Shown here: piece after piece, positions 10,970 through 20,444 of the stretch | Numbering within the stretch: position 1 is the stretch's first letter | Layout: every line of letters begins with the position of its first letter | Source of the DNA: Candidatus Palauibacter poriticola | GTDB lineage: Bacteria > Gemmatimonadota > Gemmatimonadetes > Palauibacterales > Palauibacteraceae | Assembly: GCA_012270965.1 (NCBI GenBank) | Contig: JAAXHJ010000055.1 | Span: 15,345 to 79,344, forward strand | Direction of reading: 5' to 3' | Length of the DNA stretch: 64,000 nucleotides | The notes under the pieces: model-generated | Databases searched by the model: none | What the model saw: only the letters and a program-made list of their open reading frames with translations | What the model was told of the DNA's origin: nothing | Position numbers and translations under genes: made by a program

Positions 10970-11947
10970 ATGCGAACTCGATACCCGAAGGCTGGGCGAG
11001 AACTCGTGGCGGGCGGGTTCGCCGCCGGCACGCTAGTCGCCGTCGCGCTCCTCGCGGCCTCGAACGCGTCCGCGCAGTGGACGCGCGGCATCTACCTGTC
11101 CGTTGACGTGGGTCTCTCGCGTGGGGCCGCGACCGAGTCGACGCTCTCGGGGCCCAATCACCCCACCCGGTGCGACAGGTTGCTGTACCCCAACCCCGCG
11201 GACGCGCCCCGGGACGCGGAGTGCCTCGTCGCCTCCGACGCCGGGGGGCTGTATTCCTACGACCCGGAGGCCGCCCTCGCCGGAAGCATCGCCGTCGGAT
11301 ACGGGTTGGGGGCCCTGAGCGTGGAGCTCGAACTCCTGCAGCGGCATCAGATCATCCATAACACGCTGCTCACGCTCGGGGATGCGGCGGGCGCGGCGAT
11401 CGTCGGGAAGGACACCGAATGGAGCGCGGACCGTCCGCCGCGGGGCGACATGTCGGAGTTCCGGGGGCGGCAGTTCTTCGCCAACGTGTACTACGCGTTC
11501 CGGAACCCGAGCCGCCTGACCCCCTACGTGGGAGTTGGGGCGGGGCTCTCGCAGACCGATTTCCGCTACTACTTGGGGTTCGCCCGCAAGTCGGTCGCGG
11601 AGGGATATCTCGAGGTCTTCGGGGGCGACCGCGCGAACCCCGGCGCGTCGCCGGACTGGCAGCGGGCGGCGGCGGGAACGGTCAGCGAGCTGACGACGGA
11701 CGTGTCCGCGCGAGACTTGGGGTACCAGCTCCTCGGCGGCGTGGACTTCGCCTTCTCACCCCGCGCCTCGCTGGGCCTCAAGGCCCGCTGGGTGCGCGTC
11801 CCCGACTTCGGCGTGGATGCGCAGTGGACGACGATCCGCAGCCACGCCCCCGTGCACGCGGACGGGGTGACGCCCTTCGTCTCCACGTTGGATTTCTCGC
11901 AACTCGGGCATTGGGCGCTCACCGCGAGCCTGAAATACGTCCCGTAG
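10970..11947 (+). CDS. Outer-membrane beta-barrel protein (OmpA/opacity-like, 8-stranded type with long loops)
   Basis: Signal peptide, alternating beta strands (GIYLSVDVG, ANVYYAF, TPYVGVGAGLS, YQLLGGVDF), terminal aromatic strand SLKYVP. Confidence 0.7.
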   Translation: MRTRYPKAGRELVAGGFAAGTLVAVALLAASNASAQWTRGIYLSVDVGLSRGAATESTLSGPNHPTRCDRLLYPNPADAPRDAECLVASDAGGLYSYDPEAALAGSIAVGYGLGALSVELELLQRHQIIHNTLLTLGDAAGAAIVGKDTEWSADRPPRGDMSEFRGRQFFANVYYAFRNPSRLTPYVGVGAGLSQTDFRYYLGFARKSVAEGYLEVFGGDRANPGASPDWQRAAAGTVSELTTDVSARDLGYQLLGGVDFAFSPRASLGLKARWVRVPDFGVDAQWTTIRSHAPVHADGVTPFVSTLDFSQLGHWALTASLKYVP

Positions 11948-11978
11948 CGGGCGGCGGACTGCGGGGGCCGCAGCCGCG

Positions 11979-13394
11979 GTGAGCCGGCCAGCGCTCGAAC
12001 AGCTTTCGGCGGAGGTCCGGCGCGGCGGCGGGGCCGCCATCCGCGAAGCCGAGGCGGCGATCCGGTGCCACGAGGCGAGCGGTTTGGATGCGTACATCGC
12101 CTTCGATGCCGAGGCGGCGCGGCGGCAGGCGCGGGCGGTCGACGCGGCCGCCGCGCGCCGTGACGACCCCGGCCCGCTCGCCGGCGTCACGGTCTCCGTC
12201 AAGGATCTGTACGCGCTGGACGGATACCCCCTGCGGGCTGGCTCGAAACGGCCGCTCCCGGCTTGGCCCGAGGGGTTCCTCGTTCAATCCCTCCGGCGCC
12301 TCGGGGCGGTGTTCACCGGAAAGACGCACACGGTGGAGTTCGCTTTCGGCGCGGTGGGCCTCAACCCGAACACGGGAACCCCCGTCAACCCTTGGGACGC
12401 CGGCGAGCACCGGGCCCCGGGCGGTTCGTCGGCCGGCGCGGGCGTGAGCCTGTGGGAAGGCTCGGCCCGGATCGCGCTCGGCTCGGACACCGGCGGTTCG
12501 ATCCGGATTCCCGCCTCGGCCACCGGCGTTGTCGGCTTCCGCCCGACGACCGGCCGCTGGCCGGCCACGGGGGTCGTCCCGCTAAGCACGACGCTGGACA
12601 CGGTCGGGTTGCTCGCCCACACCGTGGAGGATCTGCGCCACGCCTTCCGCGCCTTGGACCCCTTGGCGGGGTACGCGCGGGGCACCGCGGATGGGAAACC
12701 GGACGGGGTTTCGGGGCTCCGGATCGGCGTTCCCGCGTCCGGACTGTGGACGGAGGCCGACCCCGGCGTCGCCGCCGTCGCCGAGGGCGCGCTGGCCGAA
12801 CTCGAGGCGGCGGGCGCGACGCTGCTCTCCGTCGATGTGCCCGAACTCGATGATGCCGGGGACCGGTACTTCGATGGCCGAATCGTCCAACCGGAGTTCC
12901 TGGGCTTCCTGGAGCGCGAGCTGCCGGAGTGGATTCCGCTCCTGCACCCCATCATCGGGAAGCGGCTGGGGGCGGCACGCGAGGTGCGGGCGGTCGACTA
13001 CCTGGCCGCGCTCGACGGCCGCCTGCGCCTCTCGGCGTGCGTCCACGAGCGGCTGGCCTCGGAATCGGTCGACCTCCTCGCGACACCCACCCTCCCCATC
13101 GCGCCTCCGCCACTCGCCGAGCTGTCGCGCCTCGGCGCCTACCGCGACGCAAACCGCCTCATGCTCTCCGGGACGTGTCCGGCCAGCATGCTCAACCTGT
13201 GCGCGGCCAGCCTGCCCGCCGGACTGGACGGGGATGGGATGCCCGTCGGGCTGCAGCTGATGGGGCCGTCCGGCGACGATCTCCTCGTCCTCGCGCGGGC
13301 CGCCGCCGTCGAAGCCGTCCTCGGCACGAACCTGACGCGGCTCGGCACGCCTCCACGCATCGCGGAAGCTTCTCGCGCCGGCGAGCGCGGCTGA
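11979..13394 (+). CDS. Amidase signature family protein
   Basis: SVKD, GGSSAG and GSDTGGSIRIPA catalytic motifs; GMPVGLQL. Confidence 0.88.
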   Translation: MSRPALEQLSAEVRRGGGAAIREAEAAIRCHEASGLDAYIAFDAEAARRQARAVDAAAARRDDPGPLAGVTVSVKDLYALDGYPLRAGSKRPLPAWPEGFLVQSLRRLGAVFTGKTHTVEFAFGAVGLNPNTGTPVNPWDAGEHRAPGGSSAGAGVSLWEGSARIALGSDTGGSIRIPASATGVVGFRPTTGRWPATGVVPLSTTLDTVGLLAHTVEDLRHAFRALDPLAGYARGTADGKPDGVSGLRIGVPASGLWTEADPGVAAVAEGALAELEAAGATLLSVDVPELDDAGDRYFDGRIVQPEFLGFLERELPEWIPLLHPIIGKRLGAAREVRAVDYLAALDGRLRLSACVHERLASESVDLLATPTLPIAPPPLAELSRLGAYRDANRLMLSGTCPASMLNLCAASLPAGLDGDGMPVGLQLMGPSGDDLLVLARAAAVEAVLGTNLTRLGTPPRIAEASRAGERG

Positions 13395-13420
13395 GTCAGG
13401 GGTGAGTGCGGGAGGCCGGC

Positions 13421-14338
13421 TCAACGGGAGCCTGTATCCGCCTCCCCGTGGGCCTTCTCCGGCGACACCCGCGCCGGCGTCTCGTCCGAGTCGTCGGGCG
13501 CGCGGGGGTAGGAGCCGAGGATCTTCAGGGATGAGGTGCGGGCGCGGATGCGGTCGAGCGCCTCCGCCACCACGGCGTCCTCCCGGTGTCCCTCGACGTC
13601 GATGAGGAAGATGTAGCGTCCGAGGCTGCTCCTCGCGGGCCGCGACTCGACCTTGAACATGTTGATCCGGCGTGCGGCGAGTTCGCCCAGCACGGCGTGT
13701 AGGATTCCCGGACCGTCGCTGGAGAAATCGAAACAGATCGACGTTCGGTCCCGCCCCGTGCGGCCCGCGTCCCCCCGCCCAAGCACGATGAACCGCGTGC
13801 GGTTGCCTTGGATGTCCTCGATGTCGGAGGCCGCGACGAACGCTCCGAACACGTCCGCGGCGCGGCGGCTCGATATCGCGCCAGCCGCCCGCCCGGCCTC
13901 TCTCATGTCCCGGACCGCGCTCACGGTGCTCAAGGAAGCCACCGCCTCCACGCCGGGAAGACGCCGCGCGAGGAAGTCCCGGCACTGCGCGATCGCCTGC
14001 GGGTGCGAATAGACGACCCGTACCTCCTCCAGCGCGACATCTCGCGCCGTGAGCAGGCAGTGGTGGACCGGAACCACGACCTCGCGCCGGATCCGGAGGT
14101 CCGTGTGGTGGACGAGGAGGTCCGTCGTCAGAGTGACGGCACCCTCCGTGCTATTCTCGAGCGGGACGAGCGCCTCGTCGACCGCCCCGGTTTCCGCCGC
14201 CCGCACGACGCCGGGGATGTCGCCGAATGGGACGTGCGCCGCGGCGGGCGCAACCTCCAGCGCCGCCTCCTCGCTGAACGTCCCCGGCGGTCCCAGATAG
14301 CCGATCCTCAACGCCACGGTATCCCCATCCCGAAACAT
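13421..14338 (-). CDS. pheA: Prephenate dehydratase with ACT domain
   Basis: YLGPPGTFSEEA, VPLENSTEG, SHPQAIAQC, NRTRF, ESRP, LGSYP. Confidence 0.93.
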   Translation of the reverse strand: MFRDGDTVALRIGYLGPPGTFSEEAALEVAPAAAHVPFGDIPGVVRAAETGAVDEALVPLENSTEGAVTLTTDLLVHHTDLRIRREVVVPVHHCLLTARDVALEEVRVVYSHPQAIAQCRDFLARRLPGVEAVASLSTVSAVRDMREAGRAAGAISSRRAADVFGAFVAASDIEDIQGNRTRFIVLGRGDAGRTGRDRTSICFDFSSDGPGILHAVLGELAARRINMFKVESRPARSSLGRYIFLIDVEGHREDAVVAEALDRIRARTSSLKILGSYPRAPDDSDETPARVSPEKAHGEADTGSR

Positions 14339-14396
14339 ACGTTATTGGTCCGGGATAGCGTGAGTCTCACCGCCTTCGGCCGGAGGTAGGTCCGCC

Positions 14397-15644
14397 GTGA
14401 TTCCGCAGCCACTGAGGCGCCGCTCCTCGCCGCTCCTTATCGGCGCTATCTGCACGATCGCGGCGGGGCTGCGGCCCGGAGAGGTGGAGGCCCAGCGCGC
14501 CAGGTCGGTGGTGGACAGCGCGGGCGTTTCGATCGTGACGAGCGACCCCTTCGCAGCCGACCGACGCTGCGCGGTGGGCGAAGCGCCTTTCTTCTCGGTG
14601 GGCGACGCGCTCGGCAACGAACGGTACGAGTTCTACCGCCTCCGCGGCATGGCGCGGCTCTCGGACGGGTCGGTCGCCGTCATCGACCGCCGCGACCAGC
14701 GCGTCCGGATCTTCAACCAGAACGGGGAGTTCGTGCGGTCGATGGGCGGGCGCGGCGAAGGACCGGGGGAGTTTCGCAACCCGTGGTTCATGTGGGCTCT
14801 CCCGGGGGACACGCTCTGGGTGGGAGACTATCGCCCCCAGCGGTTCAACGTCTTCTCGCGCGACGGAGAGTTCGTTCGGCTCGTCACGCTGAATCCCCCG
14901 TACCCGAATCCGAGCCGCGGGGGCGGCGTGCTGTCGAACGGCACCTCGATCAACCTACGGGAAGACCGGGAGCGAGAACGCGACTTCCGAACCCCGGGGA
15001 GACTGCGGGTAGAGGTACACGGGCCGGACGGCACCCGCTTGGCTCCACTCCTCACACTCGATGGAAGGCGCATGGGGTCCGTGGAGAGCGCGCCGAACTT
15101 CTACTTTGCTCCGCTCTTCGATGCGGGTTCCGATGTCGATGCCGGCGGGACGACGGTCGCCGTCACGACGGGGCGGGATCCCGAGGTCCGCATTCTGGAT
15201 GAGCAGTTTCGCCTTCGGCGGATCATCCGCTGGAGCGAGGAGGAGCGGGACGTGACCCGGGCCGATGTCCGTACTTGGCGCGAGGAGTACAGGAGGGAAC
15301 AGCGCGAGCGCGATCTGGGGGACTTCGCAGCGACCCTTGGCCCCGAAATCGAGGCCCTCGCGAGCGACGAGCGCCCGGTGGCGGACCTCTTTCCCACCGC
15401 CGCTTCCGTGATGGTCGCGCGCGACGGACGGATCTGGGTGCGGCGCTACCCGAGACCACGACAGACGACCGGCTGGCTGGCCTTCGAGCCGGACGGACGA
15501 TTCCTCTGCCACATGGAGGAAGTATCGGACCTCGAAGACATCCATGAGTTCGGGGTCGACTACGTTCTTGGGTCGAGCCGGGATGCCATCGACATCGAGT
15601 CGGTCGTCATGTACGAACTCATCACGCCGGACCCGCCGCGCTAG
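14397..15644 (+). CDS. Secreted 6-bladed beta-propeller protein
   Basis: Signal peptide, VVDSAGVSIVTS, repeats such as MGGRGEGPGEFRNP, DGRIWVRRY. Confidence 0.7.
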   Translation: MIPQPLRRRSSPLLIGAICTIAAGLRPGEVEAQRARSVVDSAGVSIVTSDPFAADRRCAVGEAPFFSVGDALGNERYEFYRLRGMARLSDGSVAVIDRRDQRVRIFNQNGEFVRSMGGRGEGPGEFRNPWFMWALPGDTLWVGDYRPQRFNVFSRDGEFVRLVTLNPPYPNPSRGGGVLSNGTSINLREDRERERDFRTPGRLRVEVHGPDGTRLAPLLTLDGRRMGSVESAPNFYFAPLFDAGSDVDAGGTTVAVTTGRDPEVRILDEQFRLRRIIRWSEEERDVTRADVRTWREEYRREQRERDLGDFAATLGPEIEALASDERPVADLFPTAASVMVARDGRIWVRRYPRPRQTTGWLAFEPDGRFLCHMEEVSDLEDIHEFGVDYVLGSSRDAIDIESVVMYELITPDPPR

Positions 15645-15735
15645 AGACCAAGCCGCCTTCCGCCCCCGCCGAATCTCCATCTATCTTGAGCGGACGGAGC
15701 AAATCACCGTCAGCGTCCATCCACGGAGCCTCGCC

Positions 15736-18700
15736 ATGAACCGTATCCCGCGTCTCGTTTCGCTCTTGTTGGCGCTCTCCATCTTCATGCCGTTCGCCGG
15801 TCTCGACCACTCAAGCCCGCTGGCGGCGCAGGAAGCCGCCCCGGCGGCGGTGACGCTCGACTCCGCCTTTCTCGCCGGCTACCGCTGGCGCAACCTCGGG
15901 CCCGACCGGGGCGGGCGCTCAATCGCCGCGAGCGGCGTCGTCGGGCGGCCGCTGGAGGGCTACTTCGGCGCCACCGGCGGGGGACTGTGGAAGACGACGG
16001 ACGGGGGCGAGAACTGGTTCCCGGTCACCGACTTCAAGATTACTTCGGCGTCGGTCGGGGCGGTCGCCGTCTCCGAGACGGATCCGGACCTCGTCTTCAT
16101 CGGAATGGGCGAGACGTGCATCCGCGGCAACATCATGCCGGGCGACGGCGTGTACCGGAGCCGGGACGCGGGCGAGACGTGGGAGCACGTCGGCTTCTCC
16201 GCATCCGACGCGATCGCGAAGATCCGCATCCATCCCACGGATCCGAACATCGTGTATGTCGCGTCGTTCGGGAAATACAGCGTCCCGAGCGAGGAGCGGG
16301 GCCTCTTTCGGAGTACGGATGGCGGCGACACCTGGGAGCGGATCCTCTTCCGCGACGAGCGCACGGGCGCCGTGGACATCGCCCTCGACCGCAACAACCC
16401 GGACGTGATCTACGCGGCGCTGTGGGAGGCGTTCCGCAAGGAGTACACGATGTCCTCCGGCGGCCCCGGGAGCGGGATGTTCAAGAGCACCGACGGGGGA
16501 GACACGTGGACGGAGATCACGCGCAACCCCGGCATGCCGGGGTCGGGAGTCGTGGGGCGGATCGGGCTGGCGGTCTCGAGCGCCAACTCGGGGCGGGTGT
16601 TCGCGCTATTCGAGCATGCGGACGGAGGCCTCTTCCGCAGCGACGACGGCGGCGACACGTGGGAACTCGTGAACGACGAGCGCCGCATCCGGCAGCGCGC
16701 CTTCTACTACACGCACGTGTTCGCCGACCACCACGACCCCGATGTCGTGTACGTGCAGAACACCTCGCTCTTCCGCTCGACCGACGGCGGTGAGACGTAC
16801 GAGGTCATCAACAACGGGACGCACGGCGACTTCCACGACTTCTGGATCAACCCGGAGGATCCCGCGCACCTCATCGTGGCGAACGACGGCGGCGGCGCGG
16901 TCAGCTTCGATACGGGTCAGCACTGGACCGACCAGGAGTTTTCGACCGCTCAGTTCTACCACGGCGTGACCACGGCCCACGTGCCCTTCCACGTCTGCGG
17001 CTCGCAGCAGGACAACACGACGCTCTGCCTGCCTTCGGCTTGGAACGCGAGCCGGTTCGGCTTCGGCGAGGCACCCCGCTTCGGCGGCGGGGAGCCCCGC
17101 AGCGTCACCGAGGGGTCGATGAACGTGGCGTACCAGGCCGGGGGCGGGGAACCGGGCTACATCGCGCCGGACCCGAAGGATCTCGACATCTTCTTCTCGG
17201 GGACGAACAACGGGCGCTACATCGACCGCTTCAACCGCCGGCTCGGGACGTCGCGCGAGGTGAACCCGTACCCGTGGTTCTACTCCGGCGAGCCGGCCAG
17301 TGAGATGGTCGAACGCTGGCAGTGGACCTTCCCGATCATCTTCTCCCCCCTCGACCCGAACGTCCTCTACACGTCTTCGAACCGGCTCTGGAAGACGACG
17401 AACGGGGGTGACGACTGGGAGGCGATCAGCGGCGACCTCACCCGCGCCGACCCGATGACGCTGGGCCATTCCGGCGGACCGATCACCGGGGACATGAACG
17501 GGCCGGAGGTCTACGCCACGATCTTCTCGGTCGGGCCGGGGAAGGTGGACATCGACGTGATCTGGACGGGGTCGGACGACGGCCTCGTGCACGTGACGCG
17601 CGACGGGGGCGCGACGTGGACGAACGTGACCCCGCCGGACATGCCGGACTTCGGGCGTGTGAGCCAGATCGACGCCTCGGCCTTCGAGGCGGGCCGGGCC
17701 TATGTCTCCGTCCGCAAGCCGCTCCTGAACGACCTCTCGCCCTACCTCTGGAAGACGGACGACTACGGAGCGACGTGGACGAAGATCGTGGACGGGATCC
17801 GGGATGACGCCTACGTGCACGCGGTACGCGAGGACCCGAACCGGGAGGGGTTGCTGTACGCCGGGACGCAGCACGGCATGTACATCTCGTACGACGACGG
17901 CGCGAACTGGCGGGAACTGAACCCCGGGTTCCCCGACCTGCCGGTGTCGGACGTCATCGTGGAGCACAACGAACTCGCGATCGCGAGCCACGGGCGCGGG
18001 TTCTGGGTGCTCGACAACCTCGCGCCCTTGAGGCAAGCCCGCCCCGGCATGACGGAGGAGACGGTCGCGCTCTTCGATCCGGCCACCGCGTACCGTTCCG
18101 CCAACGGCGCGACGCTCTCGTGGTGGTTCCGGGAGGCGCCGGAGGAGGCTCGGCTCGACATCCTCGACGCTTCGGGCGAGGTACTGCGCACCTACGAGCC
18201 GGCCCCGCGTCCGGACCGGGTCGCGGAGGGCGACGCGGCGGCTGCGGAGGGCGAGGTGGCCGCGGAGGGCGAGGCGGCCCCGGCCCCGGCCGGGGATCGC
18301 TGGGCCGGACCTGCGATGCCGGCCGAAGCGGGGCTCAACATGCTGCAGTGGGACCTGCGCACGGCACCCGCCGCGACCTTCCCCGGCATGATCCTGTGGG
18401 GCGTGCGCACAATGTCCCCCGCCGTGCCGCCGGGGACGTACACGGTGCGATTGACGACCGACGGAGAAGTGCGGGAGACGGAGATCGAGGTCGCCCGCCA
18501 TCCCTGGATCGAGGACGTGACGGACGAGGATCTGCGGGAGCAGTTCGAGTTCGGGATGCGGATCCGGGCGCGGGTGGACGAGGCCAACTCGGCCGTGATC
18601 GCGATCCGGCGCGTGAAGTCGCAACTCGACGACCGGCTGGAAGTCTCGGACGACGCCGCGCTCGCGGAGGCCGCGGAGGCGCTGCGGACAGCGGCCTCCG

Positions 18701-18996
18701 TAGTGGAGGGCGACATCTATCAGGTGCGGAACCGCAGCAACCAGGATCCGCTGAACTTCCCGATCCGGGTGAACAACCGGCTTGCGAACCTCCTCTCGAT
18801 GTCGGAGCGCGGCGACGGCCGGCCCGGGAGCGGGATGTACGAGGTGTTCGAGATCATGGTCGCCGAACTCGAGGGCTACACGACCCGCCTGCGCGAGATC
18901 TGGACGAACGAACTCGCGGCCGTGAACCGGGAGCTGGAACGTCTGGAACTCCCCCCGGTGGATCCGGCCGACGAACCGGTCGAACTCGTCTCCTGA
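15736..18996 (+). CDS. Secreted VPS10/sortilin-like BNR-repeat (glycosyl hydrolase-like) protein
   Basis: Many S-T-D-G-G-x-T-W BNR repeats, WRNLGPDRGGRS, ERWQWTFPI. Start taken at ATG 15736. Confidence 0.85.
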   Translation: MNRIPRLVSLLLALSIFMPFAGLDHSSPLAAQEAAPAAVTLDSAFLAGYRWRNLGPDRGGRSIAASGVVGRPLEGYFGATGGGLWKTTDGGENWFPVTDFKITSASVGAVAVSETDPDLVFIGMGETCIRGNIMPGDGVYRSRDAGETWEHVGFSASDAIAKIRIHPTDPNIVYVASFGKYSVPSEERGLFRSTDGGDTWERILFRDERTGAVDIALDRNNPDVIYAALWEAFRKEYTMSSGGPGSGMFKSTDGGDTWTEITRNPGMPGSGVVGRIGLAVSSANSGRVFALFEHADGGLFRSDDGGDTWELVNDERRIRQRAFYYTHVFADHHDPDVVYVQNTSLFRSTDGGETYEVINNGTHGDFHDFWINPEDPAHLIVANDGGGAVSFDTGQHWTDQEFSTAQFYHGVTTAHVPFHVCGSQQDNTTLCLPSAWNASRFGFGEAPRFGGGEPRSVTEGSMNVAYQAGGGEPGYIAPDPKDLDIFFSGTNNGRYIDRFNRRLGTSREVNPYPWFYSGEPASEMVERWQWTFPIIFSPLDPNVLYTSSNRLWKTTNGGDDWEAISGDLTRADPMTLGHSGGPITGDMNGPEVYATIFSVGPGKVDIDVIWTGSDDGLVHVTRDGGATWTNVTPPDMPDFGRVSQIDASAFEAGRAYVSVRKPLLNDLSPYLWKTDDYGATWTKIVDGIRDDAYVHAVREDPNREGLLYAGTQHGMYISYDDGANWRELNPGFPDLPVSDVIVEHNELAIASHGRGFWVLDNLAPLRQARPGMTEETVALFDPATAYRSANGATLSWWFREAPEEARLDILDASGEVLRTYEPAPRPDRVAEGDAAAAEGEVAAEGEAAPAPAGDRWAGPAMPAEAGLNMLQWDLRTAPAATFPGMILWGVRTMSPAVPPGTYTVRLTTDGEVRETEIEVARHPWIEDVTDEDLREQFEFGMRIRARVDEANSAVIAIRRVKSQLDDRLEVSDDAALAEAAEALRTAASVVEGDIYQVRNRSNQDPLNFPIRVNNRLANLLSMSERGDGRPGSGMYEVFEIMVAELEGYTTRLREIWTNELAAVNRELERLELPPVDPADEPVELVS

Positions 18997-19072
18997 ACAG
19001 CCGAAGTTCGGCTACTTATCGCCAGGTTATTCTGCCCGGCCTGGCCCGAGTGCGGGCGTTGGTCGCGCTCGC

Positions 19073-19213
19073 TCAGGTGTCGGCGAGACGCTTCACCTCG
19101 GAGATGAACTGGTCGAGGGTCTGGAGGCGTGGTCGAATCGCGGAAGGGAACTTCCGCACCAGCGGAGCCGGAACGACAAGCTGTACTCCACTGTCCGACA
19201 TTTCGCGCTGGGT
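19073..19213 (-). pseudogene. Remnant of the extreme C-terminus of an EcoRII-like type II restriction endonuclease
   Basis: Manual translation TQREMSDSGVQLVVPAPLVRKFPSAIRPRLQTLDQFISEVKRLADT*, which resembles the EcoRII C-terminal tail as I recall it (QFREM..GV.LVVP..L...YP...R..L.TL..FI..V). The rest of the gene is absent. Confidence 0.62.
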
Positions 19214-19274
19214 ACTCACGGTTCCGTCGGCGAGGGTGCGGAGCACTTGAGGCGTCGGGGCCGGGACCGTGAGT
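19214..19274. other. Inverted repeat/hairpin between the HNH stop and the EcoRII remnant
   Basis: ACTCACGGTTCC (19214-19225) and GGGACCGTGAGT (19263-19274) match 11/12, with an inner GTGC-GGA-GCAC stem. Confidence 0.65.
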
Positions 19275-20182
19275 TAGGGGTGGATCCCGAACACCCGCTT
19301 GCGATGAAACCTGAGAAAGTTCGGATGCGGGCGCTGCGCGGGCGCTGCGGGCAGCTTCAAGCGACGGTCGTCGTTGATGATTCGAAAGAAGGGCTCGGGG
19401 ATGGCCGACTCCTTGAGTAGCAGCGCGTAGTCGTCGCGGACGGAGATGAGGCCGCGGTCGAACATCCAATGCGCGGTTCCGCACAGCGCGAGGCCGTTGC
19501 GCATGCTGTCCGGCCCGTTCGCGGCGACCGGCCGGATGTGGGCGGCCTGGACCTCCGGTCTCCCGCCGCCGTTGATGATCCGGAGTCCGGTGATCGCGCA
19601 CGTATTGTTGTACGCCTGCTTCACTGCGGTGGAGAAGACGCGGTCGCGGAACGGCCTGTGTATGAGCTGCTCGAACACGGGGCGCTCCGGCACGACTGGG
19701 TTCCCGGTGCCAATTCTGGCTGGGTTGTCCGCAACGAATGGTTGTGCCTCGTGCGCCTGACGCTGGAAGCCGGCGGCGAGGATGACGTGATATTCCGTGT
19801 CGGGCAGGGGTCTCACAGAGCGTCCGAATCTGCCCTTGTTCGTCGTACCGTCGGCCTTGCGAAGGCTCTGTTCGTAGTAGAAGCCGGCCTCGCGGAACGG
19901 GACGGCATCGTCGAACTCCAAATAATGCTCGACGTAGCCGTAGAAACGATCAGCCCGTGCGGGATCGGGCCGAATGTCCACGAGGCGCGCCGTCGCGAAA
20001 TACGACTGCCGTCCTCCCGAACTCGACAGGTCGGCGGTGGAGCGACGGGGCTCGTAGTAGACAATCCAATCCCCCAGAGCAGACTTTGCCGCGTTGAGAT
20101 AGGTGCGCGGGAAGTGATACCTCTCCTCCGGCAGGTCGTCATAGCCGGGCTTCGCCTTCGTCGTGAAGACGGCCTTCGCCAT
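19274..20182 (-). CDS. HNH endonuclease with N-terminal PUA/EVE-like domain (putative modification-dependent restriction nuclease)
   Basis: C-terminal CAITG..VQAAHIRP..GPDSMRNGLALCGTAHWMFDRG; N-terminal YDDLPEERYHFP..GDWIVYYEP..YFATARL. GC visibly lower than the flanks. Confidence 0.8.
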   Translation of the reverse strand: MAKAVFTTKAKPGYDDLPEERYHFPRTYLNAAKSALGDWIVYYEPRRSTADLSSSGGRQSYFATARLVDIRPDPARADRFYGYVEHYLEFDDAVPFREAGFYYEQSLRKADGTTNKGRFGRSVRPLPDTEYHVILAAGFQRQAHEAQPFVADNPARIGTGNPVVPERPVFEQLIHRPFRDRVFSTAVKQAYNNTCAITGLRIINGGGRPEVQAAHIRPVAANGPDSMRNGLALCGTAHWMFDRGLISVRDDYALLLKESAIPEPFFRIINDDRRLKLPAAPAQRPHPNFLRFHRKRVFGIHP

Positions 20183-20444
20183 GGCTCTACGTCGCCACGT
20201 CCCTCATCCCCGCCCGCTGCGGGGAGGGACCCAAGGGGGAGCGTGTCGATTTCTCCGTCGTTGTATTCGTCTCGACACTGCAGCCTACCGGCCGAACGGG
20301 AGGGGGCGTTACACGTTCGGTGCGCGAGGGGATGATTGCGTGGCTGTCCCCCTTCTGACCCCGCCGCAGGACCGAGTGCGCTGATGTCGGCTTGGCGATG
20401 GCTCGTCGGTTTGAGGGATAGAATTGCGGTGCCATCGAGAATCG

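Noticed and set aside
11979-13394. gatA assignment for the amidase
   Set aside because: No gatC or gatB neighbours and the GatA-specific motifs are not evident; left as a generic amidase.
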